Positions 16,795 to 26,515 of a DNA stretch of 34,070 bases are shown one piece after another. The translations under genes were made by a program, and so were the position numbers. This DNA comes from Prevotellaceae bacterium (lineage in GTDB: Bacteria; Bacteroidota; Bacteroidia; Bacteroidales; UBA932). Position 1 is the stretch's first letter. Every line of letters starts with the position of its first letter. The notes under the pieces were generated by a model. It was given only the letters and a program-made list of their open reading frames with translations, did not search any database and was not told the origin of the DNA. Location of the stretch: positions 1-34,070 of the forward strand of contig JAISRS010000288.1 of assembly GCA_031273485.1 (NCBI GenBank), given 5' to 3'.

Positions 16795-19248
16795 ATGAAA
16801 GACAGATTAAAAAAAATCGTGCCACACTTGGCAGCCGTACTACTCTTTTTAGGGTTAACCATAACTTATTTTGCTCCGGCTGTCTTTGACAACAAAGACT
16901 TAATACAGGGGGATCTAACCAGCGCAGGAGGATGGGGAAAAGATTTAGCCGATTACCATCAACAAACAGGAGATTATGCTTTTTGGTCGAATGCCATGTT
17001 CGGTGGGATGCCGGCTAATTATACCTATATGCCGCCGATGTATAATATCTTTGCACATGTGTGCAGACTTTTTATCCTTGATTTACCCGGCTATCATGTG
17101 GGGTTAGTTTATATCTACTTATTAGGATTTTATATCTTTCTGGTATCGTTGGGATGTAAACCGTGGTTGAGTATTGTCGGGGCGATTGCTTATGCCTTCG
17201 TGTCGTATAATCTGATTATTATCGGAGCCGGACACATGAATAAAGGTTTAGTAATGGCTACGATGGCGCCGATAATTGGGGGTATTATTCTCTGTTACCG
17301 AAAAAAATACCTCTGGGGAATAATTGTCACACTACTCTTTACCGGCATGAACGTGGTATGGAGTCATCAGCAAATCAGTTATTATCTACTGATAACAATC
17401 GTAGTGCTGGCAATTGTTTATTTGATTTATGCCATCCGGGAGCGTACTCTTAAAGACTACTTCAAATCTTCCGTACTTTTGCTCGTCGTAGCGTTTTTAG
17501 CCATCGCGCCGGCATTAGGGCCACTGCTCACTACCGCTGATTATACGAAAGAAACAATGCGAGGAGGCGCTGTATTGCAAAACAATGCGCAAGGAGAAAA
17601 AACATCTTCCGGATTGGATATCGACTATGCCTACGCGTGGAGCTATGGACGGAGTGAAACGATGACATTGCTGATTCCCAATTTTCTGGGATCAAGTTCG
17701 CATTATGACATCGGAACGAAATCCGAATGTTACAGCGTGTTGCGCCCAACAGGCCAGGCTGCTCAATTCTGCAAGTATGCCCCGATGTATTGGGGCGACC
17801 AGCCGTTTACTGCAGGGCCGGTGTACGCAGGAGCCATTGTCTGCTTTTTATTTCTGTTGGGGATAATAATTGTGAAAGGCCCTGAGAAATGGTGGTTATT
17901 GGTGGCAACGATTATCTCTGTCATCATGGCATGGGGGAGGCATTTCCCACTGGTCAACGAGTTTTTGTTCTATCATCTGCCGCTGTACAACAAGTTTCGT
18001 GCACCCTCCATGTCACTGGTTATTGCCGGGATAACGATGGCGGCTTTGGCCGTATTGGCGTTGAAAACCTTTCTGGAAAAACCGAATAAGGAAAAATACC
18101 TCCGTGCGCTGTATATCGCTACAGGCATTACGGGCGGATTATGTTTGTTTTTCGCATTGTTTGGCGGAAATCTGATGAGTTTTTCGGCGCCGGCAGACGC
18201 CAATTACAAGAATTTTCCGGAACTCGTGGCGGCATTAGTGGCCGACCGCAAACAGATGTTGGCTTCCGATGCCTGGCGGTCATTCTTTTTCATCGCCTTA
18301 GCCGCAGGGACGTTATGGTTTTATCTCAGGAAACCGTTCAAAATCGCTTATCTTGCAATCATCTTCGGCGGATTAATTTTTATTGATTTGTGGACGGTAG
18401 ACAAACGTTTTATAAACCACGACAGTTTTGTCCCAAAGAAAAAAGCGAAAGAAATCGTCGCTACTCCGGCCGATCAACAGATATTACAGGACAAAGATCC
18501 GAATTACCGGGTATTTAATTTAACGAAGAATCCGTTTAATGAATCCGAGACATCTTATTTTCATAAATCCGTCGGAGGATATAGTCCGGCCAAATTACGT
18601 CGTTATCAGGATATTATCGACTACCATCTCTCGCAGAGTATCAACAAAAATGTGTTGAACATGCTCAACACCCGTTATGTGATTGCACCGTCTGAACAAG
18701 GCCCCCAAGTACAGATCAATGGTGAGGCATTAGGGAATGTCTGGTTTGTGAACAAATTGCAGTGGGTCAACTCGCCGGACGAGGAGATTGTGGCCCTGAA
18801 AGACTTTGACCCGGCGCAGACGGCAATCATAGACATTGTCTGGAAGGAGAACTTGCCTGCCTGGGAAACGCTGCAACATGAAACGGACAGTAACGCTGTG
18901 ATCCGGCTGGCGGATTATGCGAATCCGGGTTATCTGATTTATGAAAGCAATAGCGAGCAACCCCGTCTGGCCGTTTTCTCAGAGGTGTTTTACAAGACGT
19001 GGCATGCTTACATAGATGGTGTAGAGGCGCCTTTGGTGCGGGTAAACTATATCCTCCGCGGACTGGCTGTGCCTGCGGGGAATCACAAGATCGAATTTAA
19101 GTGTATAGACGACATGTACTACAAGGGTGCGAGACTTTCATTGGTTGCTTCTTATACCGTAGCCATCATTCTGTTAGGTCTGTTTGGGTATATTATTTGG
19201 GATACATTGAAAAAAGAGCGGGGCAGATTGAAAAAGAAAAAAGCATAA
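16795..19248 (+). CDS. YfhO family polytopic membrane protein (GT-C-like glycosyltransferase)
   Basis: 817 aa. The N-terminal two thirds have many hydrophobic helices, then a soluble domain and a final TM before a KKERGRLKKKKA tail. FWSNAMFGGMP and SYFHKSVGGYSPAKLRRYQD fit YfhO family members as recalled. Confidence 0.8.
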   Translation: MKDRLKKIVPHLAAVLLFLGLTITYFAPAVFDNKDLIQGDLTSAGGWGKDLADYHQQTGDYAFWSNAMFGGMPANYTYMPPMYNIFAHVCRLFILDLPGYHVGLVYIYLLGFYIFLVSLGCKPWLSIVGAIAYAFVSYNLIIIGAGHMNKGLVMATMAPIIGGIILCYRKKYLWGIIVTLLFTGMNVVWSHQQISYYLLITIVVLAIVYLIYAIRERTLKDYFKSSVLLLVVAFLAIAPALGPLLTTADYTKETMRGGAVLQNNAQGEKTSSGLDIDYAYAWSYGRSETMTLLIPNFLGSSSHYDIGTKSECYSVLRPTGQAAQFCKYAPMYWGDQPFTAGPVYAGAIVCFLFLLGIIIVKGPEKWWLLVATIISVIMAWGRHFPLVNEFLFYHLPLYNKFRAPSMSLVIAGITMAALAVLALKTFLEKPNKEKYLRALYIATGITGGLCLFFALFGGNLMSFSAPADANYKNFPELVAALVADRKQMLASDAWRSFFFIALAAGTLWFYLRKPFKIAYLAIIFGGLIFIDLWTVDKRFINHDSFVPKKKAKEIVATPADQQILQDKDPNYRVFNLTKNPFNESETSYFHKSVGGYSPAKLRRYQDIIDYHLSQSINKNVLNMLNTRYVIAPSEQGPQVQINGEALGNVWFVNKLQWVNSPDEEIVALKDFDPAQTAIIDIVWKENLPAWETLQHETDSNAVIRLADYANPGYLIYESNSEQPRLAVFSEVFYKTWHAYIDGVEAPLVRVNYILRGLAVPAGNHKIEFKCIDDMYYKGARLSLVASYTVAIILLGLFGYIIWDTLKKERGRLKKKKA

Positions 19249-19271
19249 CGTTTTACGTTATTGTGAACAAC

Positions 19272-19303
19272 AAAAAGGCAGTTCCAAACGGAGCTGCCTT
19301 TTT
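19272..19303. terminator. Bidirectional rho-independent terminator between convergent yfhO-like and rubrerythrin genes
   Basis: AAAAA-GGCAGTTCC-AAAC-GGAGCTGCC-TTTTT: a 9-bp stem whose 2 central bases do not pair, flanked by an A-run and a T-run. Confidence 0.7.
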
Positions 19304-19307
19304 CATT

Positions 19308-19859
19308 TTATTTCCCGAAATAACGTTTGAAAAGACCTTCAAAACCTTTTCCGTGGCGGGCTTCATCTTTCGCCATTTCATGAACCGTGTCATGGATGGC
19401 ATCCAGATTAAGCTCTTTCGCACGTTTGGCAATGCGGAATTTATCGGCGCAAGCTCCACTTTCCGCATTCATTCGTTTCTCCAGATTCGTTTTCGTATCC
19501 CAAACCACATCGCCTAACAATTCGGCAAACCGCGATGCATGTTCAGCTTCTTCCCATGCATAACGCTTGAAAGCTTCGGATATTTCGGGATAACCCTCGC
19601 GATCGGCCTGGCGGCTCATTGCCAAATACATGCCGACCTCGGTACACTCACCCGTGAAATGCGCATTCAGATCTTTGATCATTTCCGCATCACAGCCTTT
19701 GGCTACGCCGATTTCGTGCTCTGTGACGAAACTCAGCGCCTCATTTTCATTCAATTCCTTGAATTTACTGCCCGGAACTTTACATTGAGGGCATCTCTCA
19801 GGAGCGGAATCACCTTCGTGAACGTAACCGCATACAGTACAAATAAATTTCTTTTTCAT
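19308..19859 (-). CDS. rbr: Reverse rubrerythrin (N-terminal rubredoxin-like domain, C-terminal ferritin-like diiron domain)
   Basis: [24 protein letters not shown] (CxxC...CxxC) sits at the N-terminus, followed by diiron-ligand motifs [13 protein letters not shown] and DEARH. This order is the opposite of classical rubrerythrin. Confidence 0.88.
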   Translation of the reverse strand: MKKKFICTVCGYVHEGDSAPERCPQCKVPGSKFKELNENEALSFVTEHEIGVAKGCDAEMIKDLNAHFTGECTEVGMYLAMSRQADREGYPEISEAFKRYAWEEAEHASRFAELLGDVVWDTKTNLEKRMNAESGACADKFRIAKRAKELNLDAIHDTVHEMAKDEARHGKGFEGLFKRYFGK

Positions 19860-19920
19860 CTCTTAGTCAGTTTAAAAAATTAATAATTCTAATCATTCAG
19901 CTCATTATATAACCATTATT

Positions 19921-20322
19921 TCACAATTTACATGCTTTGCAAAGCCCTTTCACATTAATATATGCTTCGTCGATGAAGAAATCCGGCCTGTCCGGCAGAA
20001 GACTTTGCATATCGGGCAATGGAACGTCTATGATACAACCGCACTTCTTGCATCGAAAATGCGCATGTGTTTTCATTTCGCCGTCAAACCGCGCATTTCG
20101 TTCATCAATATCTACGTATAACGCAACGCCATGTTGTACAAACAACTTTAAGGTATTATAAACCGTCGTTTTTGAAAGTGTAGGCATATCCGGCAATAAT
20201 ACCGTATATATCTCATCTGCCGTAGGATGCGTGCGGTGTTTCAGGAGATACTCCATGATTGCCAACCGCTGGACGGAAGGTTTGATGCCATGTATCGTCA
20301 GATATTGTTGCGTTGAGTTCAT
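19921..20322 (-). CDS. Fur family transcriptional regulator, PerR-like
   Basis: PSVQRLAIMEYLLKHRTHPTADEIY winged-helix region, HAHFRCKKCG and CKACK Cys pairs, 133 aa, immediately upstream of rubrerythrin on the same strand. Confidence 0.88.
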   Translation of the reverse strand: MNSTQQYLTIHGIKPSVQRLAIMEYLLKHRTHPTADEIYTVLLPDMPTLSKTTVYNTLKLFVQHGVALYVDIDERNARFDGEMKTHAHFRCKKCGCIIDVPLPDMQSLLPDRPDFFIDEAYINVKGLCKACKL

Positions 20323-20326
20323 ATAT

Positions 20327-20358
20327 TTGTAATTACTACAATTTTGATTTCATTACAA
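20327..20358. promoter_or_regulatory. Candidate Fur/PerR operator: 7-1-7 imperfect palindrome plus a second perfect inverted arm
   Basis: TTGTAAT-T-ACTACAA (20327-20341) compares with the B. subtilis Per box TTATAAT-N-ATTATAA. A perfect ATTACAA arm lies at 20352-20358. The site starts 5 nt upstream of the regulator start codon. Confidence 0.3.
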
Positions 20359-20551
20359 AAGTATGGAGAAAAAACAAATCCTCCAAATAATCCGATGATT
20401 TTTTTCATGCTCAAAAAGATAATCTGATCCGAGATATGACATTTCCGCTGATAATAAGACGGATAGCGAGAATGATAAAAATCCATAAAATGAAATATTT
20501 GGAAAACGCATTGCTGCTTTACCTGCAAACCGGATTGGAGATCAGGAAAAA

Positions 20552-20591
20552 CAAAAAAGGGGCAGCAAAATGAATCTTATTTTGCTGCCCC
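20552..20591 (-). terminator. Rho-independent terminator of trxA
   Basis: GGGGCAGCAAAAT-GAATCTT-ATTTTGCTGCCCC forms a 13-bp perfect stem, followed on the minus strand by TTTTTTGT, 19 nt downstream of the trxA stop. Confidence 0.85.
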
Positions 20592-20609
20592 CGCCGTTAT
20601 AAAGTCGGG

Positions 20610-20924
20610 TTACAGCAACTTTTCTATTTTCTCAACAAAAGCTGCTTTTGACGAAGCCCCAATTTGCTTGTCTACAATCTGTTTGTTTTTAAAAAACAGA
20701 ACGGTAGGAATGTTTCGGATACCGAATTGGTTAACGATTTCGTCATTATTATCTACATCTACCTTGCCAACAATAACGCGTCCTTCGTATTCGGAAGCCA
20801 GATCGTTGATAATGGGGGCAATCATTCGGCAAGGGCCGCACCATTCCGCCCAAAAATCAAGGACGACGGGTTTATCCTCATTTAATAACTCATTGAAATT
20901 CTCATCAGTAACTATCAGTGCCAT
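20610..20924 (-). CDS. trxA: Thioredoxin
   Basis: VVLDFWAEWCGPCRMIAP contains the WCGPC active site; 104 aa. Confidence 0.95.
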   Translation of the reverse strand: MALIVTDENFNELLNEDKPVVLDFWAEWCGPCRMIAPIINDLASEYEGRVIVGKVDVDNNDEIVNQFGIRNIPTVLFFKNKQIVDKQIGASSKAAFVEKIEKLL

Positions 20925-21003
20925 AATTTAAATGTGTTTAATAAATAATATGCGGTACAAAGATACAAATTGTTTTTCTGAACCATTCGTATCAAAAGTA
21001 AAA

Positions 21004-24000
21004 TTATTTATTAATGGTGAAATCAATATTTTCCGCTTCATTGATATAGTCAATTAAACTCTGTGTGACATGGAAGCGGATACTTCTTGAGAACAGGTTT
21101 AACGCTACGTGACTATCTCCGTCCATCACCTTAAAATATAATTGAGTTTTCCCCGGATTATTTTTAATAAAGACGGCGAGTTCATTAATGGTACGATCAT
21201 TCAAATCTTTAATGGAAAGCGAGATTTTAATTTTTTCGATCAGAGTGTCCTTTACATCTTGTAACCATTGAATGGATTTGATTTTAAAATCCAGTTCCGA
21301 TTCTTTCCATTGCCGGGGCTGTACTGTCGCTTTAATAAACAGATACATACCCAACTCACAGTATTTGCCGTATTCGATATAGTCATTTCCAAACAGCGCA
21401 ATTTCTCCGCTTCCCGTAAAGTCTTCCATCTTGGCGATGATGTATGGTTTTCCGTTTTTTGTCACATCTTTCCGGACGCCGGTTACAATACCGCCCAACA
21501 ACAGTTCTTTTCCTTTTAAAGCCTCACGGTCACCTATTTCAGCCATTCCGATATTGCATACATGAGTCAGGATGATGCGGTATTCATCCAGCGGGTGTGC
21601 CGATAAATAAATCCCGATCAGTTCTTTCTCCTTGTCAAGTCGTTCCAGATCGTTCCAGAGTTTACATGCCGGAATTACCGGTTTGGAAATCTCGATGCTT
21701 TCGAGATCGCCAAAAAGCGAATTTTCAGTCGATTTTTTATCCAACTGATACCGGTTACCATAACGTATGATGACTTCGGAAAAAGTATCGCCTTTTTCGT
21801 TGGGTGTAACGAACGGTTCCCGCCGGATATTGAAATTATCGAATGCTCCGGCCAGTGCGAGCGAATCAATTGATTTTTTGTTGCATGCAGATAGATTGAC
21901 ACGCTCAACAAAATTATACACATCTTTAAATGGGCCGTCTTTTTTCCGTTCTTCCAGAATATTTTCGACGGCTGTTTCGCCCACGCCTTTGATGGCGCCT
22001 AATCCGAAACGGATGTCGCCCTGCTTGTTTACACCGAATTTCAATACCGATTCATTGACGTCCGGCCCTAATACTTGGATACCCATTGATCTGCATTCGT
22101 CCATGATTTTTGTCACGTCCTTGATATTTGAGCGATTCCGGCTTAATACAGCTGCCATGTACTCCGACGGATAATAGGCTTTCAGATATGCAGTTTGATA
22201 TGCAATCCAGGAATAGCAGGTGGCATGGCTTTTATTGAAGGCATAAGAGGCGAATTTTTCCCAGTCTTTCCAGATTTTTTCCAGTACGGATTTTTCATGT
22301 CCATTGGCTTGTCCTCCGGAGATGAACTTTTCTTTCATCTCCATCATTTTATCTATCAATTTCTTGCCCATGGCTTTACGCAACGAATCACTTTCGCCGC
22401 GAGTAAAACCGGCCAACAGACGGGAAAGAAGCATCACCTGTTCCTGGTAGACGGTAATGCCGTAAGTGTCTTTCAGGTAACGCTCCATTATGGGAATATC
22501 ATAATGAATTTCTTCCCTTCCATGCTTGCGGGCGATGAAAGATGGGATATAATCCATCGGTCCCGGCCGGTAGAGAGCGTTCATCGCAATAAGGTCTTCA
22601 AATTTGGATGGCTGTAACTCCTTCAGATATTTTTGCATGCCGGCCGATTCAAACTGGAAGATTCCGGTTGTTTTGCCCTGGCAAAATAGCTCATACGTTT
22701 TGACGTCGTTCAGGTCGATATGATCTATATCTATTTGTATTCCGGTCGTTTGCGCAATATTATCAACGGCCTCCTTAATGATGGAAAGATTCTTCAATCC
22801 GAGGAAATCCATCTTAATCAATCCCGTATCTTCAATGACAGAGCCTTCATATTGAGTGACGAGGATCGTTTCGCCGGTATCCTTATCTTCGGCGGTGCTG
22901 ACGGGAACGATGTCCGAAATATCCTGTTGTCCGATGATGATTCCACAAGCATGTACGCCGGTGTTACGAACGTTTCCTTCCAGTTTTTGTGCATATTTCA
23001 ACGTGTTAAGCAAAAGAGGGTCACGGCTGCGAGCAGCTTCTTTCAGTTCAGGGACGTATTCGATCGCATTTTTAAGCGTAAGTTTCTGATCCGGGATTTT
23101 ATCCGGCACTAATTTGGCCAGCCGGTTGGATTCGTTCAGGGGCAGTCTTTCAACACGCGCTACATCTTTGATCGCCATTTTAGCGGCCATTGTTCCATAC
23201 GTAATGATATGAGCGACACGATTTTGTCCATATTTTTCCGTCACCCATTTCAACACTTTGCTCCGTCCGTCATCGTCGAAGTCAATATCAATATCGGGCA
23301 TGGAAATACGGTCGGGATTGAGAAAACGCTCGAACAGCAAATCATATTTTATCGGGTCAATATTGGTAATGCCCAGGCAATAAGCGACTACCGATCCGGC
23401 GGCGGAACCACGCCCGGGGCCAACAGATACGCCCATATTGCGGGCGGCGGAGATAAAATCCTGCACAATCAGGAAATAGCCCGGAAATCCCATGGTTTTC
23501 ATCGTATTCAACTCAAATTCGATACGGTCTTTCAATTCATCGCTGATATGTTCCCCGTAGCGTTCACGGACACGTTCCATTGTCAGATGAGCGAGATAAT
23601 TGGATTCGAGTTTAATACGAATGGCTTTATCGTAGCCGCCAAGGCGGAGATAATTTTTTTCTCCAAATTCTTTGATTAAATCCGTTTCGGAATATTTTTG
23701 CCGGTATCCTTCTTCTGTGCCGAATGACGGGTCTATTTGGAAAAATGGCATCAACGCTTCGGAATCAATGGAATAAAACTCGACCTTGTCGGCAATCTCC
23801 AGCGTGTTGCCGAGCGCTTCGGGAATATCGGCAAAAATGGCGTTCATCTCAGCCGTGGTTTTCATCCATTCCTGCTGGGAATAACGCATCCGCTTCGGGT
23901 CGTCCAGATCTTTGCCGGTGCTGAGGCAGATCAGTCGATCATGCGCCTCGGCATCATCTTCGTTGACAAAATGCACGTCATTAGTAGCGATCAACTTGAT

Positions 24001-24771
24001 TGAATGTTTGCGCGCTATTTCAATTAATTCTCTGTTGACTTCCCGTTGTTTGAGATAAATCTCCTGATCGGCATTCGGATCATGTGTTTCATGGCGTTGA
24101 AGTTCCAGGTAAAAATCGTTTCCAAAGAGTTTTTTGAACCATAAAACAGATTCTTCGGCTTTCTCTTTGTGACCGTTCATGATCAGTTGGGGGATTTCAC
24201 CTCCCAGACAGGCTGAACAAATAATCAGGTCTTCGTGATATTTTTCCAATAGTGATTTATCAATGCGGGGATTTCTGTAAAAACCTTCCGTCCACGACAG
24301 TGACACCATTTTAATCAGATTTTTATATCCCTTCAACGTCTTTGCCAATACAATCAGGTGCCATCCGCCAAGATCTTCCTTCGCGGTTTTATTTTCACGT
24401 CCGTTCCGGGCGCAATAACATTCGCATCCGAGGATCGGCTTGAATATTTTCCCGTTGCATTCGTGGATTTTTTCAGAAAGTTTCCGGATACGCAGTCTTT
24501 CTTCCGGAGTCGGATTTTCCTTATTGTTGAGAGTTTTCAATTCTTTTTCGCAATCCTTGATGATTCCGGAATATTTGCTGTTTTTCTTTTTTACCTTATT
24601 GTAAAATTCTTTGATTCCGAACATATTTCCATGATCGGTTACAGCCAGGGCTTTCATCCCGTCGTTTTGGGCTTTGTCAATCAGCGCATCAATAGAAGCC
24701 TGCCCGTCTAACAGGGAATATTGAGTGTGTACATGCAAATGAACGAATGATTCCATATAATTTTTCTGCAA
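21004..24771 (-). CDS. dnaE: DNA polymerase III alpha subunit
   Basis: FVHLHVHTQYSLLDG PHP domain start, GFPGYFLIV, PGRGSAAGS and MPDIDIDF polymerase core motifs; 1255 aa. All overlapping plus-strand ORFs are antisense artefacts. Confidence 0.97.
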   Translation of the reverse strand: MQKNYMESFVHLHVHTQYSLLDGQASIDALIDKAQNDGMKALAVTDHGNMFGIKEFYNKVKKKNSKYSGIIKDCEKELKTLNNKENPTPEERLRIRKLSEKIHECNGKIFKPILGCECYCARNGRENKTAKEDLGGWHLIVLAKTLKGYKNLIKMVSLSWTEGFYRNPRIDKSLLEKYHEDLIICSACLGGEIPQLIMNGHKEKAEESVLWFKKLFGNDFYLELQRHETHDPNADQEIYLKQREVNRELIEIARKHSIKLIATNDVHFVNEDDAEAHDRLICLSTGKDLDDPKRMRYSQQEWMKTTAEMNAIFADIPEALGNTLEIADKVEFYSIDSEALMPFFQIDPSFGTEEGYRQKYSETDLIKEFGEKNYLRLGGYDKAIRIKLESNYLAHLTMERVRERYGEHISDELKDRIEFELNTMKTMGFPGYFLIVQDFISAARNMGVSVGPGRGSAAGSVVAYCLGITNIDPIKYDLLFERFLNPDRISMPDIDIDFDDDGRSKVLKWVTEKYGQNRVAHIITYGTMAAKMAIKDVARVERLPLNESNRLAKLVPDKIPDQKLTLKNAIEYVPELKEAARSRDPLLLNTLKYAQKLEGNVRNTGVHACGIIIGQQDISDIVPVSTAEDKDTGETILVTQYEGSVIEDTGLIKMDFLGLKNLSIIKEAVDNIAQTTGIQIDIDHIDLNDVKTYELFCQGKTTGIFQFESAGMQKYLKELQPSKFEDLIAMNALYRPGPMDYIPSFIARKHGREEIHYDIPIMERYLKDTYGITVYQEQVMLLSRLLAGFTRGESDSLRKAMGKKLIDKMMEMKEKFISGGQANGHEKSVLEKIWKDWEKFASYAFNKSHATCYSWIAYQTAYLKAYYPSEYMAAVLSRNRSNIKDVTKIMDECRSMGIQVLGPDVNESVLKFGVNKQGDIRFGLGAIKGVGETAVENILEERKKDGPFKDVYNFVERVNLSACNKKSIDSLALAGAFDNFNIRREPFVTPNEKGDTFSEVIIRYGNRYQLDKKSTENSLFGDLESIEISKPVIPACKLWNDLERLDKEKELIGIYLSAHPLDEYRIILTHVCNIGMAEIGDREALKGKELLLGGIVTGVRKDVTKNGKPYIIAKMEDFTGSGEIALFGNDYIEYGKYCELGMYLFIKATVQPRQWKESELDFKIKSIQWLQDVKDTLIEKIKISLSIKDLNDRTINELAVFIKNNPGKTQLYFKVMDGDSHVALNLFSRSIRFHVTQSLIDYINEAENIDFTINK

Positions 24772-24933
24772 TATTTTTACTTAATTTGTTTTCAAAAACG
24801 CAAGTTTATTCTGCCCGTCCGATTCTGCATATCACATTGCATTTGGATGAGCGATTCAAAGGTACAGCATATTTTAGAAGGTGCCAATATTATTTTTCAA
24901 CACCTGATGAAACGGTTTGTGAGAAATAATATG

Positions 24934-24941
24934 TAACTTTG
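24934..24941 (+). promoter_or_regulatory. Candidate Bacteroides-type -7 promoter box (TAnnTTTG) for the OM beta-barrel gene
   Basis: TAACTTTG ends 22 nt upstream of the ATG at 24964. Confidence 0.3.
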
Positions 24942-24963
24942 TTTATTCAAATCGAGGAGCAGG

Positions 24964-25566
24964 ATGAAAAAATGGATGTTCACAGGTTTTATCATAATGT
25001 TTTCGTCTGCGGTAAACGCACAGATTACATTTGGCATTCGCGCAGGGATTTCCTACGCTTCTTTAACGCAGATTATAGAAGAGCAGGTGACATACGGCGG
25101 TCGAGTGGGTTTCAGCGTAGCCGGACTGATGGATATCCCTCTTTCCCGGAAGTTTTCGCTGCGTCCGGAACTGTCCTTTGCCAGTCTGGGCGGCGCGTAC
25201 TATTTGGAGTACATGGCTGAGAATCCGATTCATTTCAGAGTAGAACAAAACGAATATAACTACTATTCCATACAGGTGCCGATTCATCTTGCGTATAAAA
25301 TCATGGTGAATGATTGGCGATTCGGAGTATATGGCGGCCCCTCCGTTTCGGTTTCGACACAGATTCGGGAGGAAAAAGTGCCGGATGAACGAAAATTCCG
25401 CCCCTTTGATATTGGCTCGGGAATGGGCTTTTATGTGGAATGCCGGAAAGTCTTTTTTTCCATTTACACGTATACCGGATTCATAGACCGGCAGACCCGC
25501 AAACAGGCGAACGAATCGCAATTATATCAGAATAACGTGACGTTTTCTTTCGGATACTGGTTTTAG
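24964..25566 (+). CDS. Outer-membrane beta-barrel (porin family / OMP_b-brl_2-like) protein
   Basis: Signal peptide MKKWMFTGFIIMFSSAVNAQ, then alternating-hydrophobic beta strands (FGIRAGISYASL, FSLRPELSFASLG) and a terminal aromatic residue (FGYWF). Confidence 0.8.
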   Translation: MKKWMFTGFIIMFSSAVNAQITFGIRAGISYASLTQIIEEQVTYGGRVGFSVAGLMDIPLSRKFSLRPELSFASLGGAYYLEYMAENPIHFRVEQNEYNYYSIQVPIHLAYKIMVNDWRFGVYGGPSVSVSTQIREEKVPDERKFRPFDIGSGMGFYVECRKVFFSIYTYTGFIDRQTRKQANESQLYQNNVTFSFGYWF

Positions 25567-25629
25567 GAATGAACACGGCTTTTTGAATCCTCGTAAATCC
25601 TTCTCGCGCAGGTATTTCCTCATCCGTCA

Positions 25630-26232
25630 TCACAACTCCCCTTTTCCCTGCCGGATGATTTCAAATTTATCGGAAGTACAGTCCACGATCGTCGAGACGT
25701 CCAGTCCGCCATAACCCCCGTCAATCACCAGATCGACCTGGTGTTCATAACGTTCGTGAATCAGTTCGGGATCCGTGGTATACTCGCTCTGATCGTCGTT
25801 GTAATGCACGGACATCGTGAGAATGGGATTCCCCAGCACGCGCGCCAATTCGCAGGGAATCGAGTGGCAGGGAATGCGGATGCCGATTTCCTTGCGGTTT
25901 TTGTAAATCCGCGGCAATTCGTTGCTGGCGGGAAGGATGATAGTGTAGGGGCCTGGCAGACAGCGCTTCATCAGCTTGAAGGCAGCATTGTTGACTTTTG
26001 CGTACGCACTGATGTTCGAAAGGTCGGAACAGATGATGGAGAGATTGATTTTTTGCGGATTGACGCCCTTGATCCGGCATATTTTTTCGACGGCGCGCAC
26101 GTTTAGCGCGTCGCAACCGATGGCATACAGCGTGTCGGTCGGATAAATCACGAGGCCTCCGTCTTGCAACAGCTTCACTACTTTGTTGATTTCTTTCGGG
26201 TTCGGGTTTTCGGGATAAATTTTGAGCAGCAT
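25630..26232 (-). CDS. tsaC: L-threonylcarbamoyladenylate synthase (YrdC/TsaC family)
   Basis: LVIYPTDTLYAIGCDA, CLPGPYTIIL and PILTMSVH are YrdC-domain motifs. At 200 aa it is a single-domain form. Confidence 0.88.
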   Translation of the reverse strand: MLLKIYPENPNPKEINKVVKLLQDGGLVIYPTDTLYAIGCDALNVRAVEKICRIKGVNPQKINLSIICSDLSNISAYAKVNNAAFKLMKRCLPGPYTIILPASNELPRIYKNRKEIGIRIPCHSIPCELARVLGNPILTMSVHYNDDQSEYTTDPELIHERYEHQVDLVIDGGYGGLDVSTIVDCTSDKFEIIRQGKGEL

Positions 26233-26480
26233 AGGGAATTTTTTGTATTTCTAAAATTCAGGTCAGGGACGCGCCCTTCTCTTTTTTAACAATTAAATAT
26301 TCACGGCTCAAATATCACCAATCATTTTGAAACTTCAACGCTTTTCCTTCATGTTGTACAACACGTTTTGTGCAGGAAAAAACAGGGTCGGACTCATCAC
26401 ACATTGCGCTGCCGCAAACCGTTTCCCGGCCGCCATGCCATTCGCCGCAAAATATATTTCATCATTTACAATTAAATACG

Positions 26481-26488
26481 TATCTTTG
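26481..26488 (+). promoter_or_regulatory. Candidate -7 promoter box (TAnnTTTG) for the DEAD-box helicase gene
   Basis: TATCTTTG ends 27 nt upstream of the TTG start at 26516. Confidence 0.3.
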
Positions 26489-26515
26489 CCGCCACTTATC
26501 TTTATGAAATAAATT

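Noticed and set aside
20319-20528. 69-aa minus-strand ORF between the Fur-family gene and trxA
   Set aside because: It is AT-rich and low-complexity, overlaps the regulator's start codon, and covers what is more plausibly that gene's promoter and operator region.
21268-24711. Numerous plus-strand ORFs of 66-156 aa (for example 23209-23679, 22195-22617, 21767-22174)
   Set aside because: All lie antisense inside dnaE, whose minus-strand product carries unmistakable Pol III alpha motifs over its full length. The antisense products are low-complexity with no recognisable domains.
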